Position numbers and translations under genes: made by a program. The notes beneath the pieces are model-generated. The model was not told the origin of the DNA. It saw only the letters and a program-made list of their open reading frames with translations, and ran no database searches. 64,000 nt of DNA from a virus (lineage: Duplodnaviria; Caudoviricetes): IMG/VR virus record IMGVR_UViG_3300015606_001334, positions 1 to 64,000 of that record; one strand, given 5' to 3'. Position 1 is the stretch's first letter. Each line of letters begins with the position of its first letter. Shown piece after piece: positions 39,643 through 49,356 of the stretch.

Positions 39643-40545
39643 TTACTTCTTGTTGCCAAAGAAAATCAGAATATTGGTCTTCCAATAGTTATTTAATTTT
39701 TGGAAGAATTCATTTTCTTCGATCTTTGCAGGATCCATATCCTGCATAATGCGCCAAGATTTTTCAAATTGGATAAGGTTTTCGACAGAATCCTTATCAA
39801 TTTCCATTGGCGGCATGTAGAACTCTTGAACGCAAGGATCCGCAATAACCTTCTTTGCTGCTTCGAAATGCAATTCATAAATGTGCATAGAAGCTGCGTT
39901 ATGGTAGTACTTGCCGAGCTCGAGTTCAGGATAGAATTCACGAAGCTCAAGCATTAGGAGTTCTTGAAGCATAGTGAATTGGAATTGATCGTTGCAATAT
40001 CCGCGCCAAATATCATTGGAACGCATGTTGACAATCAAATGGAGCTGATTTTTGCGAATGAAAAATTGGAGAGTCAGGGTGCACGGGACATCGTGATTTT
40101 GGTAGGTGTAGTCATCAGCATGGTTGATGCGAATGATTGCCTGGCGAGAATCCTTGTCTTTCTGGAGCAACTCCTTGACTTTGTTCCATTGATTGAACGG
40201 GTAAAGTTTGGAATGACCAAAAATTCGAGTACCATAGTTGGAATTTACCGTGCCATCTTCTTTGGCAATAGCTTCCCAAAACTTGGAGTACATGTTGATG
40301 TCTTGAACATTGGGCGAACCAGAAAGATACCAAATAAATTCGCCTAGGAGGTACTTCATACTGGTCTTGCGATCAGCGAAGGTGATTACACGGTTTCTCG
40401 GATTTTCAACCACGATTGAATAGTTGATGATTTCCTTGACCTTCTCCCCTCTTGGCTGTGTTTCCACTCCATACTCAAGAAGTTCTTTGACACATTCTTG
40501 AAATGAAGCGTTTAGCGTGGATACTGCTACCTGCGATTTTGCCAT
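39643..40545 (-). CDS. second TS-family enzyme, dCMP (hydroxy)methyltransferase-like
   Basis: DVPCT catalytic Cys, MRSNDIWRGYCND (Asp at specificity site), SMHIYE. Confidence 0.8.
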   Translation of the reverse strand: MAKSQVAVSTLNASFQECVKELLEYGVETQPRGEKVKEIINYSIVVENPRNRVITFADRKTSMKYLLGEFIWYLSGSPNVQDINMYSKFWEAIAKEDGTVNSNYGTRIFGHSKLYPFNQWNKVKELLQKDKDSRQAIIRINHADDYTYQNHDVPCTLTLQFFIRKNQLHLIVNMRSNDIWRGYCNDQFQFTMLQELLMLELREFYPELELGKYYHNAASMHIYELHFEAAKKVIADPCVQEFYMPPMEIDKDSVENLIQFEKSWRIMQDMDPAKIEENEFFQKLNNYWKTNILIFFGNKK

Positions 40546-40592
40546 TTCTGAGCCTTTTTAGTTGTTTTGAGTGAAACACGGACGACTCATGA

Positions 40593-40622
40593 ATTGTATC
40601 ACACTTGGCAAAATTTGTAAAC
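40593..40622 (-). promoter_or_regulatory. early promoter
   Basis: GTTTACA-N17-TACAAT with TG extension. Confidence 0.7.
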
Positions 40623-40627
40623 TGTTT

Positions 40628-41524
40628 TCACAACTCCTTTGGCACTTCAAAGTTTGATTTTTTCAATTGTTCTTCTATTGCAGCCCGTACCTCTGAGAGC
40701 TTTTCTCCACTGTACTTTTTATGGATCTGTTTGGCAACATCTTCCGCAGTCATAATGTCTTCTGCGGATACCTTTGGTCCAAAGAAGAAGTGAGCAATCT
40801 CATCAGGTTTGTTGATAATATTTGGAGATTTTTCAAACTTACCAATTAGGTCAGCATTTATGTCCTTTAGCTCATGCTCAAGCTCGTCAGGAGAAACCTT
40901 CTCGAGCCCCTTGACTCTTCCTTCGCCATCCTTTCGCATCTTAGCTACCTTGAAGAGACGCTCAAGGCCTACATCAAGTTTCAGGCTTCTGGAAGCGCGA
41001 GCAATAATCTCATCATCAGAGTTCTTGAAGACGAAGTCCTTACCATCCTCTAGGATAAAGGTAGCTAGTGTCATGAGCATGATGTTTCTTACCGCTCCAG
41101 GGTACTTTGAGTCTTCGCCTTCAGTCGAGTAGTAAGTAAACTTCGCTAGATCCTCCGAGCTGACATACATCAAATCCACCTGGACCCTTTTGCCGCCAAC
41201 ATCTACAGCATAAGATCCGACTTTCGTGCCCGTATTATATAGCGCGCGGCCCTCTGTTAGCTGCTGCATGGCTTTATGGTAGTCCGGGAAAAATTTCTGA
41301 TTGATAGCGATATCGATATCTCCGGAAGAAGACTTCTTATTGTGATAAGTAAGTCGTGAAGTCCCGAGAAGATTCTTAGCTATTTCGGATTCTTTGACAC
41401 CAACTGCTTTAGCAACTAGTGACACAGCCATTTTCACGTCCTTTGGATAGGCACGAACGGTATCCCATTCAGCGGTAGCCTTACCGCCTTCTTTGATCAG
41501 AAATCGTTTGAATGATAGCTTCAT
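40628..41524 (-). CDS. putative Pol-beta-type nucleotidyltransferase (late)
   Basis: LLGTS...SSGDIDIAI...VQVDLM; N-terminus MKLSFKRFLIKEGG. Confidence 0.6.
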   Translation of the reverse strand: MKLSFKRFLIKEGGKATAEWDTVRAYPKDVKMAVSLVAKAVGVKESEIAKNLLGTSRLTYHNKKSSSGDIDIAINQKFFPDYHKAMQQLTEGRALYNTGTKVGSYAVDVGGKRVQVDLMYVSSEDLAKFTYYSTEGEDSKYPGAVRNIMLMTLATFILEDGKDFVFKNSDDEIIARASRSLKLDVGLERLFKVAKMRKDGEGRVKGLEKVSPDELEHELKDINADLIGKFEKSPNIINKPDEIAHFFFGPKVSAEDIMTAEDVAKQIHKKYSGEKLSEVRAAIEEQLKKSNFEVPKEL

Positions 41525-41561
41525 TTATGAACTCGCTTTTTATTTGTTTATTTATCATCCC

Positions 41562-41569
41562 TATAAATA
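41562..41569 (+). promoter_or_regulatory. T4-type late promoter
   Basis: TATAAATA upstream of the tail fibre gene. Confidence 0.75.
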
Positions 41570-41651
41570 TTATCAGATTTCTTACATAAGAAAAACTCTC
41601 GCTATATAGTGAATTCCAAGCACACAATCAAATTCTTTCGAAAGGATAACT

Positions 41652-44252
41652 ATGTATTTTGACGGCATAAATCTAGCGGATGGTTCAGTTGTTTCCAACT
41701 TGACCGTCCAATACGGTGGTACTCTGCCAAATAGTGGCCAAAACGTCGGCGAACTTTACTACGTTGATGGCACTGGTGCAGACCAACAAGGTCTTTACCT
41801 TTACAATGGCTCCACCTGGCAAGATCTAGCTTCTGACTCTGAAGTTAAGGCTCTAGAACAAGTTGCTTATATCATCAAGACTGCAAACTCCGCAGTTCCA
41901 AACGCTTTTGTTCTCGCAGGCAATGGCGCAGGTTTTGTTAAGACTGCAAACGACGGTTCAATCTCCGTTGAAGGCGCAATCAGCCTAGCAGGTGGCGAAG
42001 TTGTTGGTATCCTACCAGCTTCTCATTTGCCAGCTCTATCTGGTGACGTTAGCTCTTCAGCAGGTTCTTCAATCGTCACTCTAGCAAACACTGGCGTCAC
42101 AGCAGGAACCTATAATAAGGTTACTGTTGATGCTAAAGGTCGTGTAACCTCAGCTGTTGCTGCAACCACCCTAGCACAACTCGGTATTACTGATGGCGCA
42201 ACCCTAACCGGTTCTTCCTCTCAGGATTTCGTCGCTAAGTCTATGACTTTGTCTGGCGATCTACTACCATCTGCAAACGGCGTTTACAATATCGGTTCTA
42301 CCGGTATGCGTTGGTCAACCATCTTCGTTAATGAAGCAAAACTAAGCACCAACACCCTATACATCGGCGATACCCCAGTTATGGGTACTTCTGGTGACAC
42401 CATCAACATTAAGGCTGACCCAAATCAGTCTATCAACATGCAGACCTCCGGTACTGGCTCAACATTGGTTACTTCTACTAACCAAGTCCAGATCTCTACC
42501 TCTGGTTTGAATGCTGACGTTGTCATTCAGGCAACCGGTGCAGGTTCTGACGTTCGCTTCGGTTCTGGTTCTACCATCCAATTTACCGCTCCAACTTCTC
42601 AGTTCACTGGCGACGCAACTATCTCTGGTAACCAAACTGTTGGTGGCAACCTAACCATCACTGGTAACCTAACTGTTAACGGCACCAACACTGTCGTAAA
42701 CTCAACCACTGTTACAACCAAGGACAACATCCTTCTAGTCAACTACGGCGAAACCGGTTCTGGTGTTACTTCTGGTAAGGCAGGTATTCAAGTTGACCGT
42801 GGCGATCTAGCAGATTACCAAATCGTTTTCGACGAAACTGATGACATGTTCAAGGTTGGTCAAGTTGGTAACCTAGAAACCATCGCTTCACAAAACTACG
42901 TCATCGCTGGTTTTGCTCCACTATCTCACGTTGGCTCTTCTGGCTCTGCTCACGCTAATGCTACTGGTTCTGTTGCAGGTTTCATGTCCGCAGCTGACAA
43001 GAGCAAGCTAGATGGTATCGCAGCTTCTGCAAACAACTACACCCACCCAACTTCTGGCGTTACTGCAGGCACCTACACCAAGGTTACTGTTGACGCTAAC
43101 GGCCACGTAACTACCGGTGCTTCCCTAGTTGCCGCTGACGTTCCATCTCTAGATTGGAGCAAGATCACTACCGGCAAGCCATCGACCGTCGCAGGCTATG
43201 GTATCACTGATGCATACACTAAGACTGAAACTGATTCCCGTATCCAAGCAGTCGTTGGTGCAGCTCCAGCAGCTCTTGACACTCTTGCAGAAATCGCAAC
43301 TCAACTCGCAAACGACGAATCTGCAGTTTCCGCTCTAACCACTACAGTTTCTGGTAAGTTGGATTCTTCTGAAGTTGTTTCTACCGCAACTGCAAGCAAG
43401 GTTCTACGTCTTGACTCTACTGGCAAGCTACCAGCATCTATCACTGGTAATGCAGCAACCGCAACCAACGTAGCATGGACTGGTGTAACTGGTACTCCAA
43501 CTACCCTATCCGGTTATGGCATCACCGATGCATACACTAAGACCGCAACTGATTCCGCAATCAGCACTGCAATCGCTGGTGTTCAATCTGGTAACGTTTC
43601 AACTGCAACTTCCGCTGGTAAGCTAACCACTGCACGCACCATCGCAATGTCTGGTGACGTTACTTGGTCCGTTTCCTTCGACGGTTCTGCAAACGTAACC
43701 GCGGCTGGTACTCTAGCAGCTTCTGGCGTTACCGCAGGAACTTATCCAAAGGTCACTGTTAACGCTAAGGGTCTAGTCACTGGTGGCGCTTCTCTAGTTG
43801 CTGCTGATATCCCAGCACTTGACTGGAGCAAGATCACTACTGGCAAGCCAACTACTATCGCTGGTTATGGCATCACCGATGCATACACCAAGACTGAAGT
43901 TGATACCGCTCTAACTGCAAAGATCAACACTACAGCAGTCGGCGCAGCAAACGGTGTTGCAAGCCTAGATGGTGGCGGCAAGGTTCCAGCTTCTCAATTG
44001 CCTTCTTACGTTGACGACGTTGTAGAGTACGCATCCTTTGCTAACCTACCAGGTATTGGTGAAGCAGGAAAAATCTACGTCACGACCGACACCAACAAGG
44101 TCTATCGATTCACTGGTACGATCTATGTTGAAATCTCTGCAGCACCAGGTTCTACCGATGCAGTTGTTGAAGGTACTACCAACCTTTACTTCACTGCAGC
44201 AAGAGCACAAGCAGCAGTAGCAAACATCACAATCGATGGTGGCTCATTCTAA
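41652..44252 (+). CDS. long tail fibre protein
   Basis: 866 aa, G/T/A/S rich; GVTAGTY.KVTV x3, LDWSKITTGKP x2, GAAPAALDTL.EIA, MSAADKSKLDGI, KVPASQLPSYVDDV. Confidence 0.85.
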   Translation: MYFDGINLADGSVVSNLTVQYGGTLPNSGQNVGELYYVDGTGADQQGLYLYNGSTWQDLASDSEVKALEQVAYIIKTANSAVPNAFVLAGNGAGFVKTANDGSISVEGAISLAGGEVVGILPASHLPALSGDVSSSAGSSIVTLANTGVTAGTYNKVTVDAKGRVTSAVAATTLAQLGITDGATLTGSSSQDFVAKSMTLSGDLLPSANGVYNIGSTGMRWSTIFVNEAKLSTNTLYIGDTPVMGTSGDTINIKADPNQSINMQTSGTGSTLVTSTNQVQISTSGLNADVVIQATGAGSDVRFGSGSTIQFTAPTSQFTGDATISGNQTVGGNLTITGNLTVNGTNTVVNSTTVTTKDNILLVNYGETGSGVTSGKAGIQVDRGDLADYQIVFDETDDMFKVGQVGNLETIASQNYVIAGFAPLSHVGSSGSAHANATGSVAGFMSAADKSKLDGIAASANNYTHPTSGVTAGTYTKVTVDANGHVTTGASLVAADVPSLDWSKITTGKPSTVAGYGITDAYTKTETDSRIQAVVGAAPAALDTLAEIATQLANDESAVSALTTTVSGKLDSSEVVSTATASKVLRLDSTGKLPASITGNAATATNVAWTGVTGTPTTLSGYGITDAYTKTATDSAISTAIAGVQSGNVSTATSAGKLTTARTIAMSGDVTWSVSFDGSANVTAAGTLAASGVTAGTYPKVTVNAKGLVTGGASLVAADIPALDWSKITTGKPTTIAGYGITDAYTKTEVDTALTAKINTTAVGAANGVASLDGGGKVPASQLPSYVDDVVEYASFANLPGIGEAGKIYVTTDTNKVYRFTGTIYVEISAAPGSTDAVVEGTTNLYFTAARAQAAVANITIDGGSF

Positions 44253-44270
44253 TACAATGAGTTGAATAAT

Positions 44271-44303
44271 GGAAAATGGCGCATCATGCGCCATTTTCTT
44301 TTT
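44271..44303 (+). terminator. rho-independent terminator
   Basis: GAAAATGGCGCAT-C-ATGCGCCATTTTC then T-run. Confidence 0.75.
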
Positions 44304-44308
44304 GTTGC

Positions 44309-44316
44309 TATAAATA
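44309..44316 (+). promoter_or_regulatory. T4-type late promoter
   Basis: TATAAATA. Confidence 0.75.
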
Positions 44317-44358
44317 GATTCATGAATTCTTAACAAAACTTCTATATAGGAGAAAACC

Positions 44359-45129
44359 ATGTCTCAGACAATTCTTATCAAACGTTCATCAGTTTCTGGT
44401 AAGGCACCAACTACTGCTCAGCTTTCCCTCGGCGAACTAGCTCTAAACACTTACGATGGTAAGGTTTATCTAAAGAAGAACGTTCTTGGCACTGAATCTG
44501 TTGTTGAAGTAGGTGCAACTACCCTAACTGGCGACGCTACTGGTTCAGGTAATGATTCAATTGCCGTAACTTTGGCAGCAACCGGTGTTACTGCAGGCAC
44601 CTACACTAAGATCACCGTTGACTCAAAAGGTAGAGCAACCTCTGGTTCTTCACTAGTAGCTTCTGATATTCCAGCTCTTGACTGGTCTAAGATCACTTCC
44701 GGTAAGCCAACCACTCTAGCTGGTTATGGTATTACCGATGCAGCTACATCTACCCATGCTCACAATATCATTAGCACTAATGATACCCGTTCATCTAACT
44801 CAAGCCCATGGACTTATCCAGGCCTTTCTCTACATTTGAAGTCTAACACGACTGATAGCCTAGTGGATGGCGGCACCTATCACGCAGTTCTAAACATTGC
44901 TCAGTGGGCAGATTCTTCCGGCGGAGCAAGTCACCAGCTCGGCATGGTCGACAACAACCAAGTTTATCACCGTTCTACTATCAACGGTACCACCTTTACT
45001 GCTTGGGAACGTATCACCAAGGTCAATCCATCAACTCCAAAGGATGGTGACGTTAAGGTCGTTGGTTCGGTTGTTAGCGTTTACGCAGGCGGTGCATGGA
45101 GACAAATCTTCCCAGCAGTGTACGCTTAA
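44359..45129 (+). CDS. tail fibre-related protein
   Basis: ILIKRSSVSGKAP....L.LGELALNTYDGK N-terminus plus fibre repeats. Confidence 0.8.
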   Translation: MSQTILIKRSSVSGKAPTTAQLSLGELALNTYDGKVYLKKNVLGTESVVEVGATTLTGDATGSGNDSIAVTLAATGVTAGTYTKITVDSKGRATSGSSLVASDIPALDWSKITSGKPTTLAGYGITDAATSTHAHNIISTNDTRSSNSSPWTYPGLSLHLKSNTTDSLVDGGTYHAVLNIAQWADSSGGASHQLGMVDNNQVYHRSTINGTTFTAWERITKVNPSTPKDGDVKVVGSVVSVYAGGAWRQIFPAVYA

Positions 45130-45166
45130 TTTTGATTTTCTAAACCTAATAACGGAGAATTAAAAT

Positions 45167-46141
45167 ATGTCATACGCTCAAGGACAAAGCATCGCAGCTA
45201 GCGATTACAACACTTTCACCGGTGGTCAAGATCTTGGCGTAGCATTTGCATCCGCAGCAGCTGCGACTTCTAAAGTTTCAGCTCTTCTAGGTGTAGGTTA
45301 CGGCGATCGTGGTTATGGTCAAGCAACACCTTCACTTCCAGCAAAAGCAGCAGGTAACAGCATTGCTGCAGCTGATTGGCTAAACCTAAGAAACGCAATT
45401 GCTACTCTAGCTTCACATCAAGGCACTGCAACTACCCTTTTGCCTCCAACTACTGAATTTGTAGCCGGAGCATCTGTAAAGGCAGAAGCATCTGCAACTA
45501 CTGCTTACGACTTTGCAACTATGATTGCAAACGTTGACTCTAACCGTTTCAACACCAACTCTGGTGCTTCAATGACTTTGACCTCAAATGCATTGACCAT
45601 CTCTAGAGTTGGAACTTGGGGTGCTGGCTCTGCTGGTATTACAGCAATCGCAACTGCAACATTTGCTTCTGAAGATGCAGCTCGCTACTTCTTCAACTCA
45701 GGTGGCGAAATTCGTTTCATAGTTTCGCATCCAACTGGCTCTACTCAGGATAATAACTGGAATGCGGCATTGGCAGCAGTTGGAACAATCGCTTTCAAGG
45801 CAAATGCAACTACTAGATCTGGTACATCTGGAACTCCAGCAGCAATTGGTTACTACCAATTGACAACCACTAACCAATCCATCGTTTCTGGTGTAATTGG
45901 AACTGGTGCGTACTCAACCAACACCATTACTGTTTCAGCAAGAGCCGCAGCAATTACTGGGGCAAATGGCGCAAAGGGTTCTCAGATCATCTTCACTATC
46001 AACGTGCTTGATGCTCACACTAACGCCTTCTCAGACGTTTGTGCGGCCGGTACCGCAGTAGCTTTCTCATACACTAAAGCTACCGCAGTTCTAACTGGTA
46101 TTGCATCACCAACTATGGCCCAATCTCAAGCCTGGGCTTAA
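45167..46141 (+). CDS. virion structural protein
   Basis: MSYAQG..IAA.DYN, GYGQ, F...D.ARYFFNSGGEI; late codon usage. Confidence 0.65.
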   Translation: MSYAQGQSIAASDYNTFTGGQDLGVAFASAAAATSKVSALLGVGYGDRGYGQATPSLPAKAAGNSIAAADWLNLRNAIATLASHQGTATTLLPPTTEFVAGASVKAEASATTAYDFATMIANVDSNRFNTNSGASMTLTSNALTISRVGTWGAGSAGITAIATATFASEDAARYFFNSGGEIRFIVSHPTGSTQDNNWNAALAAVGTIAFKANATTRSGTSGTPAAIGYYQLTTTNQSIVSGVIGTGAYSTNTITVSARAAAITGANGAKGSQIIFTINVLDAHTNAFSDVCAAGTAVAFSYTKATAVLTGIASPTMAQSQAWA

Positions 46142-46704
46142 AGAATGTAGTGAAAGAAAAAGGGAGCCATTTGGCTCCCTTTTTCTTTGGTCTTCACGAC
46201 CTCAATGGCCGCTCGAAATTTTCGTTTCGCCCAATGTTCTTTTCGCCGCTTAAGGGTCTCAATCATCTCTTTTGCCCGTTGATATGCAGGCTGAGCTTGA
46301 ATCCAATTATGCGCCCATGTTCGGATTTTCAGGATCGTATCGCGAATCCAACAAACCCAAACAAACTTGGTAATTTGTGGAGATGTTACTTCCCACATCC
46401 AAGCAAATAGAGCGGTGCCTGTGATTTTAGCAGCGATGAACAGGATCACACCAAAAAATGCATGATTGTTGCCTATCAGCCACACCACAGCAAGTTTAAC
46501 CGGGATGAACGATAATTCAGGGATCACAAATGCCGCAAGAGATACCCATTTGTTTTGATTGCGAAGAACTGCTTCGATAGTTCTGAAGATCGGTAAAGCT
46601 GCAACCGCCTTCATGAACTTCAACAAACGGAACCAAAGCCATTCTTCGAAGAAAATGAATAGCGTCGCGCCGAAGACGAACGTGCTACTAAGAATTCGTT
46701 TCAT
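46138..46704 (-). CDS. membrane protein
   Basis: FFEEWLW, hydrophobic helices, basic C-terminus. Confidence 0.6.
   Translation of the reverse strand: MKRILSSTFVFGATLFIFFEEWLWFRLLKFMKAVAALPIFRTIEAVLRNQNKWVSLAAFVIPELSFIPVKLAVVWLIGNNHAFFGVILFIAAKITGTALFAWMWEVTSPQITKFVWVCWIRDTILKIRTWAHNWIQAQPAYQRAKEMIETLKRRKEHWAKRKFRAAIEVVKTKEKGSQMAPFFFHYIL
46153..46188. terminator. bidirectional terminator
   Basis: AAAAAGGGAGCCA-TT-TGGCTCCCTTTTT at a convergent gene junction. Confidence 0.75.
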
Positions 46705-47099
46705 TACTCGGTAGTATCCGTGTCAGTGATTTTGGACAGCTTTCCATTAATGACTACGGAATCGTCTGAAGTAATGGTGCCATAGAAGATTTCTTCTGCC
46801 TTGACTTGTCCACCTGAAATAATGATAAGGGACTCGTGAGCAACAATCTTGTTCACCGAAACGCTACCGGTTACAACCACATGATCTGCCTCAATAGTTC
46901 CACCATTCACCGTTCCTTCAACGATTACAGTGCAAGCGCCATCATGGGCACCTGAGGCTCGGAACACATCACCCTTGACAGCACCTGAAATTTTCATGGT
47001 TCCTTTGAAGGTGATACAACCTTCAACGTCCATACCAACGGCAACAATAGAATTGACAGCATTCAGATTGGGCTTCTTCGACTTGCAAATACCAAACAT
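46704..47099 (-). CDS. bactofilin (polymer-forming cytoskeletal) protein
   Basis: beta-helix repeats SIVAVGMDVEG.I.FKG.MKISG.VKGDV...V.G.V...I. Confidence 0.75.
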   Translation of the reverse strand: MFGICKSKKPNLNAVNSIVAVGMDVEGCITFKGTMKISGAVKGDVFRASGAHDGACTVIVEGTVNGGTIEADHVVVTGSVSVNKIVAHESLIIISGGQVKAEEIFYGTITSDDSVVINGKLSKITDTDTTE

Positions 47100-47100
47100 C

Positions 47101-47631
47101 TTATTTTCTCCTTATGTCCATGAAAACGGACTTAAATTGATTACTCTCATCAGCGTCTATCGATTCTAGAAGCTCATGTTCCCAAATACCCAAGTCAGAA
47201 AAGTCTGGAAAATTCACGATTGCGTCACCATTGATTTTAGTTTTTACAACAGTGATGTGATACTTTCCAACCATGTCCTTTTGGATTGCTTCATTATACA
47301 CCATTCCGCCACCGATTAAAAATGGTTTTTTCTCGGGGAAAATTGTGTATGCCATTGCGCAAGCATCTTCTAATGAATTCGCAACGACAACATCACCACG
47401 TTTCAGCATTTCATATTTTGATTTGCTTGTAATGACGATATTGACCCGATTAGGGAGAGGTTTTCCGAGTGATTCAAAAGTATTTCGGCCCATAATGACT
47501 ACATTTCCAGTCGTCAAACCTCTGAAACGAATCATGTCGGTCTTTTGTTTCCAGACCAAAGGTTCAGGTCCAGATTTTCCAATGCAACCATTCATATCAG
47601 TTGCAACAATTAGATTTAGGAATCTTTTCAT
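47101..47631 (-). CDS. folA: dihydrofolate reductase
   Basis: LIVATD.NG.IG, DM.RF...TTG..VIMGRNTFES...PLPNR.NIV, IGGG..Y; likely start 47631. Confidence 0.92.
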   Translation of the reverse strand: MKRFLNLIVATDMNGCIGKSGPEPLVWKQKTDMIRFRGLTTGNVVIMGRNTFESLGKPLPNRVNIVITSKSKYEMLKRGDVVVANSLEDACAMAYTIFPEKKPFLIGGGMVYNEAIQKDMVGKYHITVVKTKINGDAIVNFPDFSDLGIWEHELLESIDADESNQFKSVFMDIRRK

Positions 47632-47643
47632 AATGATAGATAC

Positions 47644-47678
47644 AAAAATGGCGCAAAGTCCGAAAACCTTGCGCCATT
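47644..47678 (-). terminator. rho-independent terminator after Ro60
   Basis: AATGGCGCAAG...TTTGCGCCATTTTT. Confidence 0.75.
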
Positions 47679-47684
47679 CAGTTC

Positions 47685-49292
47685 TTAGAACTGACTGATC
47701 AGCTGCGGAGTTGCAGAGTCGAAACCAACAACGTCCAACATACCAGCATCCTTCGGATCGGCGATGGAGAAGTTGGTAACGGAAGTGCCGCAAACGATCA
47801 ACTTACCCTTACCGTACTGATCACGATATTGCTTCAGAGCCTGAGTCGGATGGATACGACCAGCCCAAGTTTCGTTGTCAGTGTAAACGCAGAACTTGTC
47901 CACGTTCATCTTGTGCTTCATCGCATACAACATCGGTTGGGCGCAGTCAGTGCCGCCCCAGTTGAAGTTGCGCATGGTGCTCAAGACGGTGTCAAGACGC
48001 ATGTTCGGAGAGATCTTCAGTTCAGACATGGTAGTGTCGAAACCACCGATCCAGTAGTTGGATTCAACCTTTGCAGTTGCAAGCGCCATAACAGCAGCAG
48101 CTTCAGCAGCAGTAAGGTTGTTGATACCCATACAACGAGCACCAAACATGGAGCCAGAGCAGTCGATGCCAAGCAGGTAGTTCTCGCCGGACGGTTCGAT
48201 GTTCTTGAAGGAAGCGTAGAAGGCATCGTTCAGAGCGTCAACCACACGCTGAGAGACATTCCAAGTCATGGAGCCCTTGTCACCGCGACCTTGTTGGTAG
48301 GTCTTCATTGCGGACAACAGAGTGATCGGGTGAACACGACCATTCTTCAGAGCTTCAGCATCGCTCAAGCGGGCAACAGCCAGCTTTTCGCCGTCAGACA
48401 GACCACGGATCACGCCATTTGCAGACATACGACCCAAGTTGCGGATCAGCGCAGAGATACCCATGGAAGGGAGCAGAGCTTCCCAAACCTTGGAATCGGC
48501 GAGCACCTGAGTAGGCAACATTTCCCAAGTCAAACCGTAGTCGCGAACTGCCTTGACAGCGTTGGCAACGGTCGGGTTCTTGTGGAGTTCTTCGAAAACA
48601 CCGAAGAGTTGCGGCAACTTAGCGTTGTCGAGATGCTTGCGATCATTGGTCATCCAATGGAACATCGCGTTGTGGGATTCAGTGGTCGGCTTGACGTGAG
48701 CCAAACGAAGAACGTCACGATGAGACCAGCCGTTACGTTGCTGGTACTTCAGCAACTGCATAGCGAGCTTGTCTTCTTGGCGTGCGTACCACTTGGCAAC
48801 ACCACGCTTTGCGTAGCCACGCCACTTACCGAACTTGTTGTAAGCCTCCATGAAGGAGAACAAGTGGGTACCGATACGGCAGACCTTGCCAAGGTTGGCG
48901 AAAGCATGTTCCGCAACTTCCTTGTTATCAGAAGCAGCAGCCAGAGCCAACACGAAGATGGCAGGATCGTTCTTGAAAGCGCGACCTTGGTCGGAGATTT
49001 CAACAACACGGTCAATTGCACGCTTACCGTTTTCCTTGATGCAGGCGATAACGTTCTTTGCGTTATCCAGAGTTACGTTCTTTTCAGAAGCGTAGTAGTG
49101 GCCGCCTTCAGAGCCCATGATGATGAAGCGGTCGAACTGACCCCACTTATCCATCACGAAGGAGAAGCCTCCTGCGTTGTTCTTAGCCATGTCAGCTTCG
49201 CGACCAGGGATCGCCTTGCTCTGAGCAGTAGCCTTTGGGTTGAGTTCGCCATCGAGGATGTCGGAATAACGAGCGGTTGCATTCTTAGCCAT
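47685..49292 (-). CDS. Ro60/Rsr TROVE-vWA RNA-binding protein
   Basis: NNAGGFSF, RFII.GSEGG.YY, KYQQRNGWSHRDVLRLAH, ALIRNLGRM, RVHP, DCSGSM, YTDNETW, MLDVVGFD. Confidence 0.95.
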   Translation of the reverse strand: MAKNATARYSDILDGELNPKATAQSKAIPGREADMAKNNAGGFSFVMDKWGQFDRFIIMGSEGGHYYASEKNVTLDNAKNVIACIKENGKRAIDRVVEISDQGRAFKNDPAIFVLALAAASDNKEVAEHAFANLGKVCRIGTHLFSFMEAYNKFGKWRGYAKRGVAKWYARQEDKLAMQLLKYQQRNGWSHRDVLRLAHVKPTTESHNAMFHWMTNDRKHLDNAKLPQLFGVFEELHKNPTVANAVKAVRDYGLTWEMLPTQVLADSKVWEALLPSMGISALIRNLGRMSANGVIRGLSDGEKLAVARLSDAEALKNGRVHPITLLSAMKTYQQGRGDKGSMTWNVSQRVVDALNDAFYASFKNIEPSGENYLLGIDCSGSMFGARCMGINNLTAAEAAAVMALATAKVESNYWIGGFDTTMSELKISPNMRLDTVLSTMRNFNWGGTDCAQPMLYAMKHKMNVDKFCVYTDNETWAGRIHPTQALKQYRDQYGKGKLIVCGTSVTNFSIADPKDAGMLDVVGFDSATPQLISQF

Positions 49293-49356
49293 GTTGTTTC
49301 TCCTTGTGAAAGTGTGTACGGATTAAGTTGATTGTTGCTTAATCAAAATTAGCTAA

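Noticed and set aside
41652-44252. Repeats as CRISPR array or DGR template/variable repeats
   Set aside because: Repeats are in-frame protein modules with synonymous divergence; no spacers, no reverse transcriptase, no adenine-specific differences evident
47829-49331. 500 aa plus-strand ORF
   Set aside because: Antisense shadow of Ro60 caused by codon bias; no motifs
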